Shown here piece after piece: positions 58,093 to 64,000 of a DNA stretch of 64,000 nt. Source of the stretch: Pseudomonadota bacterium (GTDB lineage Bacteria > Bdellovibrionota > Bdellovibrionia > Bdellovibrionales > SG-bin7); NCBI GenBank assembly GCA_034439715.1, contig JAWXAY010000027.1, positions 1 through 64,000 of the forward strand. Reading direction: 5' to 3'. The notes beneath the pieces were generated by a model. It was not told the origin of the DNA, did no database searches, and saw only the letters and a list, made by a program, of their open reading frames with translations. The position numbers and the translations under genes are program-made. Numbering within the stretch: the first letter of the stretch is position 1; each line of letters starts with the position of its first letter.

Positions 58093-59148
58093 ATGGCTAA
58101 AGTTAGACAATCCAATTCTGGTAAGTGGTTTGTTGATTACCGTGTTGGAGCTACTCGTTTTAGACCCGAGTTTGCTACTAGACGTGAAGCTGAGCAATTT
58201 ATAAGAGACCTACGCTTACGACCGCTGGATCAAGCGCTTGGCTACGCTCCGCTTAAGTCAGCAGGCGTGAACACTTTAGTTGATGACTACAAACAAACTG
58301 TAAGCATTAACAAGAGTCCGGGTACACAGGAGCTAGAGATAGATATCTTTAAAGAATTTTTGGAGACCTTTAAGGGATCAAGAATTATAGACGTCTCTCA
58401 ACAGCAGCTAGAACTTTATCAAGGCAAATTGCGAAGGCGACTCGCGGCTGAAACTGTTAATCGGCATTTCACGACTCTTAGACACTTTTTTAATAGGTGT
58501 GTTGACTGGGAGTATTTGCATAAGAGTCCGTGTGCTAAGATTAAAAACCTAAAAAACGATAAACAAAAAGCGAAGCGCATTTTGACAGACAAAGAAATCG
58601 AATTGGCTTTAAAGTCTTGTCAGCCTTGGCTTGCTGATGTTGTTTTGTTTGGGCTAAAAACAGCGATGAGGCGAAAAGAACTAATATCACTTTGTTGGAG
58701 CGCGATTGATTTGGATGCGAGAATGATTCACATCGAATCATCAGAGGACTTTCACCCAAAAGGGTATAAGCCCCGCTCGCTACCAATGACGAATGAACTT
58801 TTGATTTTTCTAAAGCAGAAAAAGCAATTGGCGTTTAAACATGGAGTCTGCAAAAAAACAGACAAAGTGTTTTTGAATTCGATATGGCATCCGATTCACC
58901 CTAAGCAAATGACGAAAGAGATGAATCGAGTTCAACATAGGGAAGGTCTTGAAAAGTTTAGCCCTCACCTACTTCGTCACACGGCTTTGACTAAAATGGC
59001 ATCACAGGGGATTAGCCCTGCCGTCATTCAAAGAGTCGCCGGACACGCGGATATTAGAACCACCCAAGCCTACCTTCACCCCGGTGAAAAAGACCTGGTG
59101 CGGGCATTAGAGTCGCTGGTTGACCAACCTAAAAACGCGTTTAATTGA
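58093..59148 (+). CDS. Tyrosine integrase
   Basis: TAMR..EL, HLLRHT and GHADI.TT..Y (R-H-R-H-Y) motifs; adjacent to the att site. Confidence 0.95.
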   Translation: MAKVRQSNSGKWFVDYRVGATRFRPEFATRREAEQFIRDLRLRPLDQALGYAPLKSAGVNTLVDDYKQTVSINKSPGTQELEIDIFKEFLETFKGSRIIDVSQQQLELYQGKLRRRLAAETVNRHFTTLRHFFNRCVDWEYLHKSPCAKIKNLKNDKQKAKRILTDKEIELALKSCQPWLADVVLFGLKTAMRRKELISLCWSAIDLDARMIHIESSEDFHPKGYKPRSLPMTNELLIFLKQKKQLAFKHGVCKKTDKVFLNSIWHPIHPKQMTKEMNRVQHREGLEKFSPHLLRHTALTKMASQGISPAVIQRVAGHADIRTTQAYLHPGEKDLVRALESLVDQPKNAFN

Positions 59149-59155
59149 ATTTTTG

Positions 59156-59176
59156 TGGGCTGTAGTGGGCAGTGAA
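59156..59176. repeat. Putative integrase arm-type site (right)
   Basis: Identical to 52008..52028; an inverted copy ACTGCCCA lies at 59199-59206. Confidence 0.75.
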
Positions 59177-59244
59177 ATTCGCGGTGACATTCACCTTTAC
59201 TGCCCAGCACTCTCGCTAACTTTTTGATTTACCAAAAGAAAATT

Positions 59245-59320
59245 TGGTAGGAGTTGAGGGGCTCGAACCCCCGACATCCACCTTGTAAGGGTGGCGCTCT
59301 ACCAACTGAGCTAAACTCCT
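59245..59320 (-). tRNA. tRNA-Val(TAC)
   Basis: 76-nt cloverleaf AGGAGTT...CCACC-CTTACAA-GGTGG...GTTCGAG...AACTCCT-ACCA. Confidence 0.97.
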
Positions 59321-59462
59321 ACGCCGTCGTACAAATTAGTGAAAGCGCTAACTTATGTCGAGCAATTCTGCCCAGCGTTACAAGAAGGGTTTAGGCAACT
59401 CAATGACTTTTCGGTACGCTATTTAACAGTTATTTATCTATTAATGTCTGAGCTAAGAATAT

Positions 59463-60518
59463 ATGACTTTTAAAGTAGCAACTTTTAATATCTGGCACGG
59501 CCTAAACGGCGACAGTTCTATCAATATGGAAAGCCTTGAACCCAAAGGTCGAAAGTTTTTACGCCTTAATTATCAAAGAGACATCTTAAGAGACCTAGCA
59601 GTTGATTTAGTTTTTTTGCAAGAAGTGAATCCCTGCCCTCGCCTATCAAAAGAGCTCGCAGAGCATTTAAATCTCGATGAAGTTCATCAAATCGATAATG
59701 CCGGTATAAAACTCTTAGGGTTTGGCTTTCCAAAAAAACTTTTTGGCGGCATCACCATTTTAGCCCAAAGAAACCTGGGCTTAAAGCATGTAGAATCTGT
59801 AAAATTAAGTGGTCCTCGGTTTTCATTTTGTAATGAATTTCTCAGCCTGCAATTGCACGAACATCGCTATTGTTTGATTGTCGAAGTATCTCATCCATCC
59901 TTTGGCCGAATTTTATGTGCCAACGTCCACTTACATCACGGGTTGGAACTCAGCCTTTCATTAGTTAAAAATATTAATAGCTTGAGAGAGGCTAATCTGA
60001 TTTCACAGTCGGATTACGACCAAATCATGGCTATTGGGCGCGCTGCCCAGGAGCGGCGCTTTCATGAAATCAAAACAATGGCTGAAGCATTTAAGCGAAT
60101 ACAAGCCGCCCAGAAATATCAGGGCTTGATATTAGCCGGTGACCTCAACTGTTCTGAGGAATCTCAAGAGTGGCAAAATATTATAGATTTAGGTTTTAGC
60201 GATAACAATATAAAGTTAAATGGACCAAATACAAACTTCACATGGAACACCCAGGAAAATAAAGTGAATCATGACCTGGGAAAAAATTTTCATTTTCCTT
60301 GGTTTCTCAATAAAAAATTTACTGATTTAGCCGCCCGAGATAATTTACGACTAGCCCTTATGGACAATGAATTTCGCAAACGTCGCATTGATTATATCTT
60401 TTCTAAGGGAGATATTGACAAGGCATTGGTGTCCAGCATTCTTTTTGCCGATCGCCCAAACAAAAATGAGCTCGTTGCTTCCGACCATTTTGGTGTAGTC
60501 AGTGAGTTTAAGTTTTAA
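59463..60518 (+). CDS. Endonuclease/exonuclease/phosphatase (EEP) family protein
   Basis: TFNIW, LQEV, NVHL, AGDLN, RIDYIF and SDHFGV motifs. Confidence 0.92.
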   Translation: MTFKVATFNIWHGLNGDSSINMESLEPKGRKFLRLNYQRDILRDLAVDLVFLQEVNPCPRLSKELAEHLNLDEVHQIDNAGIKLLGFGFPKKLFGGITILAQRNLGLKHVESVKLSGPRFSFCNEFLSLQLHEHRYCLIVEVSHPSFGRILCANVHLHHGLELSLSLVKNINSLREANLISQSDYDQIMAIGRAAQERRFHEIKTMAEAFKRIQAAQKYQGLILAGDLNCSEESQEWQNIIDLGFSDNNIKLNGPNTNFTWNTQENKVNHDLGKNFHFPWFLNKKFTDLAARDNLRLALMDNEFRKRRIDYIFSKGDIDKALVSSILFADRPNKNELVASDHFGVVSEFKF

Positions 60519-62518
60519 GCGGCAGTACGAATAGATTTTTCGATCAGTGATTGATTCAATATGTTGGGAACAGCAATTTCAATTATCGTTCCTTTTCCCA
60601 GCACAGAGGAAATTTTTACCCAACCACCCATTTTGGTCGCTTCATATTTAATGGCATCAAGACCTACTCCGCGCCCTGATATTTCGGTCACCACGTCTCG
60701 GGTTGAAAGTTGGCTAATAAATACATTCTGCAATATTTCTTCGTCAGTGTCCGATTTCGCAACCGGAAGCCCCATAGAAAGCATTTTTTCGCGGATTCTG
60801 TTGGGGTCAATCCCACCCCCATCGTCTTCAATAATAATTTTTATCCAATCCTTGCCTTCCACCTTTAGCTCTTCAAAAGTGCAAAGAATAAGGCCAGTAG
60901 GCGGCTTGCCTGATCTTACGCGCTCTTCTGACGGCTCGATCCCATGATCTACGGCATTTCTAAAAGCATGAAGTAGCGTCGCATTGAGACTCGAAAAATT
61001 CTCCGGAAATATTTTGGCCATGGCATTCCTAAAAATAATAGGGCTGACTTGCTTATTGAGCAAAGTGGCGCATGACAATACGACCTCGTCGTAATGAGCC
61101 AGTGAATTTATAATAGGCTCACAAAATAAATGCTTGGCCCAAAAATTCACTCTTTCATCGGCATCTTTTATTTGCAGTCCTTTAGAAATCAAATTCCACA
61201 GTTCTTCTATAGATATCTCAATCTGTCGTGACTGAGAAGTCCCAAAAGATCCGATTATTTCTTCATTTTGTTTTAAAAATACATCAAGGGTGTCACAGAT
61301 CTGTTGATAATAGTTTTCTAACTGCTGAAACTCTTCCTTCATTAATATGTCACCTTGATTTTTTATGGTGACTAGCCAGTCTTCCATTTCGTGACAAACC
61401 TCGGCCAAGTAAGTTATCGAAAATGTCGCCGCTCCTCCTTTTAAAGTGTGAAGCGCTCTTAAGAAAACTGCTAGTGGGCTTGTGTAATCAAGAACGAAGT
61501 CATTTCCAGAGTCGCCGAGGTCCTTCTTAAGATCTGCCAATCCGGTGCCTAACCCCCCGATCAATAGCTTTGCGTCCTTTACAAAAGTAAAGAACTGACG
61601 ACGATTGCGTGTAATTCTTGTGACCATTTTTACAAAATTTCTCTCTCGATCGGCCTCAGACTTTGCCCTCATCTCTTCGGTTTTGTCAGTAGCCACTAGT
61701 ACGATACTAGAGATTTTCTGATCATCATTTCGAATTGGTGAGAAATCGAGTTCAATATGCCGTCCCGAGGTCGTGGGTAGTTTTCTGGGACCCAAATCCT
61801 TAACCGAATCAAATGGAATCGTCTCTGAAAACAAATGACCCATCCACATTTTAAAGGTGTCCAACTCGGCTTTGTCGACTCTCAAAATGTCTTGAATCCA
61901 CAAAAAGGGTGCCGCTGCCTCAAACAAATCTTCACACGCCTTCGAATGAATAGGTAATATATTTCCCTGTTCATTGAACACCAATAGACCTTGTCCAAGA
62001 CTGTTTAAAATAGCTTTTAGGGTTGAATTAGTTTTGTTAAGCGCACTGGTGCGCTGTCGAACCATGAACTCTAAATTTTTGGAGTACTGTTCTAACTGGG
62101 TTGAGGCATCCTGCAGCTGAGTAATCATACCTTCTTTTTCTGTCAATTGAACTCGGTATTTACCCTGTAATTTATTTTCAAGAGTCATGTCTCTTAGGGT
62201 GACTGCCCAGTGGGATTCAGTGCCAACTTGGTCTGGCACTTTTTGAAGTGAAACCTTAACTATACACTCTCTGTTCGCGGCAGAAGTAAGTTTCCGCTCC
62301 ACATAGGGCGTCGGCTCCAGAGTAGAATCTAGCAGCTTTGTATCCAATAAAAAGCCTTCATCAAAACTGATAAGCTTATTCAATGCTTGACCTGAGGTCA
62401 TTCGACGAAGGGAAACGCCAACGAGATTGGCCGCAGATTCATTGCAGTAAACAATGGTAAGCTGCCGATCCACGACAAATATAGCGTCAAGAAACGAATC
62501 AAATATTTTATATTCCAA
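60515..62518 (-). CDS. PAS-PAS-Hpt-HATPase CheA-like kinase lacking a CheW domain
   Basis: LHTLKG (Hpt), RNAVDHGIE, DDGGGID and SGRGVGLD motifs. Start re-called to TTG 62518 (AAGGGA RBS). Confidence 0.88.
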   Translation of the reverse strand: MEYKIFDSFLDAIFVVDRQLTIVYCNESAANLVGVSLRRMTSGQALNKLISFDEGFLLDTKLLDSTLEPTPYVERKLTSAANRECIVKVSLQKVPDQVGTESHWAVTLRDMTLENKLQGKYRVQLTEKEGMITQLQDASTQLEQYSKNLEFMVRQRTSALNKTNSTLKAILNSLGQGLLVFNEQGNILPIHSKACEDLFEAAAPFLWIQDILRVDKAELDTFKMWMGHLFSETIPFDSVKDLGPRKLPTTSGRHIELDFSPIRNDDQKISSIVLVATDKTEEMRAKSEADRERNFVKMVTRITRNRRQFFTFVKDAKLLIGGLGTGLADLKKDLGDSGNDFVLDYTSPLAVFLRALHTLKGGAATFSITYLAEVCHEMEDWLVTIKNQGDILMKEEFQQLENYYQQICDTLDVFLKQNEEIIGSFGTSQSRQIEISIEELWNLISKGLQIKDADERVNFWAKHLFCEPIINSLAHYDEVVLSCATLLNKQVSPIIFRNAMAKIFPENFSSLNATLLHAFRNAVDHGIEPSEERVRSGKPPTGLILCTFEELKVEGKDWIKIIIEDDGGGIDPNRIREKMLSMGLPVAKSDTDEEILQNVFISQLSTRDVVTEISGRGVGLDAIKYEATKMGGWVKISSVLGKGTIIEIAVPNILNQSLIEKSIRTAA

Positions 62519-62546
62519 AACTATTCCCTTGATTATCCTCAGCTTT

Positions 62547-62672
62547 TTATCGGATTTCTTAATGGATTCATAAAGCAAAAAACACCTCAAACTGGACCAA
62601 AGCCTTTGACTGCGACTCAACTAACAAAACTCGTCGTTAGTCAGTAGCGGTGTTAGTGAATAATTCCGATAA
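62547..62672. promoter_or_regulatory. Divergent pair of FliA-like promoters
   Basis: TCCGATAA on the minus strand (62554-62547) and on the plus strand (62665-62672). Confidence 0.55.
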
Positions 62673-62696
62673 TGCTGTAGTCTGTGAAGGTAAAAA

Positions 62697-63464
62697 ATGA
62701 ATTCGTTAGTTAAAAAGCAGGTCTATATTCCCAGCGTGTTGGTAAAAGATTTACCGGCCGATGAAGTCATTAAAATAATCACGGTCAGTCAGGTCGGGCA
62801 TGTCGTTCAAAAAAATGGTGTCGATTTTGAATTAGAAAAGCAATTTGTCGATGGCGTTAAGCTAAACTCTTTAAATTATTTTTCTGATCCTCTAAAGGCG
62901 ATCCTTGGATCCACCTTAATAAATCAACTTCATATTAAGTTTAAGGAGTCTGTCCAAAAAAAAGAGACCATCGAGAAGGTAAAAGTCTGGGTTAGCAATA
63001 TCAGGGGAGCTAGCCGAATTCAGGATTCCATTTACCTAATTGTCGATGAGCTATTCACAAATGCGATATACAATGCTCTTCCTTTTTTTGTCGGCCTACG
63101 CGATAGCTTAGATCGAAAAGAAAAAGTGGATCTTACCGATCGAAAGGCTTGTGAAATCTTTGTCGGACACAATGAACATCGTCTTATCTTGGGCTGTTCT
63201 GATTCTTTTGGGTCACTCAACCTAGAGAAACTGTCCAATCAACTTTTGAACACCTATGCCAAAGGAATTGCTGGCTCAATTAAATATGGTAAAAATGGAG
63301 CAGGAATTGGCTGCCGACTCATGTTTGATAACTGCATCAACTTTTACTTGGGTGTCAGAGAAAATGAGCAAACGATTGTGGCACTGGGCCTACCGATTGG
63401 ACCAAATGCCAGAGCTATTGACATCAATTTTAAGAATATACATTTTATAATAAATAAGGAATAA
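62697..63464 (+). CDS. Anti-sigma-kinase-like HATPase protein
   Basis: DELFTNAIY, D.FGSL and GAGIG motifs. Confidence 0.7.
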   Translation: MNSLVKKQVYIPSVLVKDLPADEVIKIITVSQVGHVVQKNGVDFELEKQFVDGVKLNSLNYFSDPLKAILGSTLINQLHIKFKESVQKKETIEKVKVWVSNIRGASRIQDSIYLIVDELFTNAIYNALPFFVGLRDSLDRKEKVDLTDRKACEIFVGHNEHRLILGCSDSFGSLNLEKLSNQLLNTYAKGIAGSIKYGKNGAGIGCRLMFDNCINFYLGVRENEQTIVALGLPIGPNARAIDINFKNIHFIINKE

Positions 63465-63487
63465 TTTTAATAATAAGGGGAGTTTGC

Positions 63488-63964
63488 ATGGGAGCATTAA
63501 AGATTGGTGAGGATGTTCACGGTGATACAGTCAGTTTGAGCCTAACCGGGCCCATCGACGAGGATGCTAATTTTCCAAATATCGATCTTTCTTCGTTTCA
63601 AGAGGTTACCTTTGACTTCATGAATGTCACTGCTATCAACTCTTGCGGAATTCGCGAATGGATTCGTTGGATTGAAAATATCAAACCTGAAGCCAGAGTC
63701 ACTTATAGCAACTGTCCAAAGGTCATTATTGATCAGGTCAACATGGTCGATGGATTTTTGCCAACAAACGCCAAAGTCGGTTCATTTTACGTGCCCTACT
63801 TTTGTGAAAGCTGCGACAACTTAGACACTACCCTCTACTCAGATCCCGTGGGAATCGCAAATGGTAGTGTTAAGGTGCCACCCCAATTTCCATGCTCTAA
63901 ATGCAAACAGGCGGCGGAAATTGATGTTATTGAGGGAAAGTATTTTAAATTTCTCAAAAAGTAG
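63488..63964 (+). CDS. STAS-like protein with C-terminal CxxC..CxxC zinc ribbon
   Basis: G.IDE, D...V..INSCG.REW; CESC...CSKC. Confidence 0.78.
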   Translation: MGALKIGEDVHGDTVSLSLTGPIDEDANFPNIDLSSFQEVTFDFMNVTAINSCGIREWIRWIENIKPEARVTYSNCPKVIIDQVNMVDGFLPTNAKVGSFYVPYFCESCDNLDTTLYSDPVGIANGSVKVPPQFPCSKCKQAAEIDVIEGKYFKFLKK

Positions 63965-64000
63965 TCTTGAAATAGATAATTCTAAAGCTGATCTAATTTT

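Larger units (their letters stand above)
51825..59292. mobile_element. ~7.4-kb integrative element, phage-satellite (PICI)-like, at tRNA-Val
   Basis: Flanking 54-bp repeats, tyrosine integrase, excisionase, DUF3987 replication protein, HTH genes and a DUF5681 gene; no capsid, tail or conjugation genes. Confidence 0.9.

Noticed and set aside
1110..63824. Dozens of 60-130 aa ORFs antisense to or nested in long genes (e.g. 1110..1415, 4576..4956, 32635..33009, 60561..60947)
   Set aside because: They are shadow ORFs of well-supported genes, with no motifs or RBS.
1..64000. CRISPR array, rRNA or IS element
   Set aside because: No regularly spaced repeat-spacer units, rRNA-like sequence or transposase was seen.

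Overview
This is a bacterial chromosome segment, most likely from Bdellovibrionota. That assignment is inferred from FQNC-type lipoprotein signals, a DUF4423-like remnant, a TPR-HTH regulator and many FliA-like promoters. Positions 1-12.2 kb hold housekeeping and signalling genes (J-domain 3' end, ettA, TSUP, fumC, EVE, two Dus genes, purK/purE, and a RR-HDOD-HK-RR cassette). Positions 12.2-40.6 kb form a co-oriented minus-strand island with five tandem modules. Each module pairs a Tat-exported DUF1552- or DUF1501-like protein with CxxCH heme-motif partners. The island also encodes PA14, lactonase, RCC1, propeller and barrel surface proteins and a TPR-HTH regulator. It carries a 17-bp box that occurs five times, each time exactly 23 bp upstream of a TAnnnT -10 hexamer. 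Two of these promoters read into twin ~50-nt terminator hairpins with a CCCACCCACCC loop (candidate sRNAs). Positions 40.8-51.3 kb hold a GNAT, a histidine kinase, a subtilase and secreted proteins. Positions 51.4-51.8 kb are a deletion scar fusing DUF4423-like and nrfA 3' remnants. Positions 51.8-59.3 kb are a ~7.4-kb phage-satellite-like element integrated at tRNA-Val(TAC), with 54-bp att repeats, arm-type repeats, iterons, a TerS-like gene and a PD-(D/E)XK cargo operon. Positions 59.5-64 kb hold an EEP hydrolase, a CheA-like kinase and a partner-switch pair. All family assignments are by motif recognition; no database searches were run.
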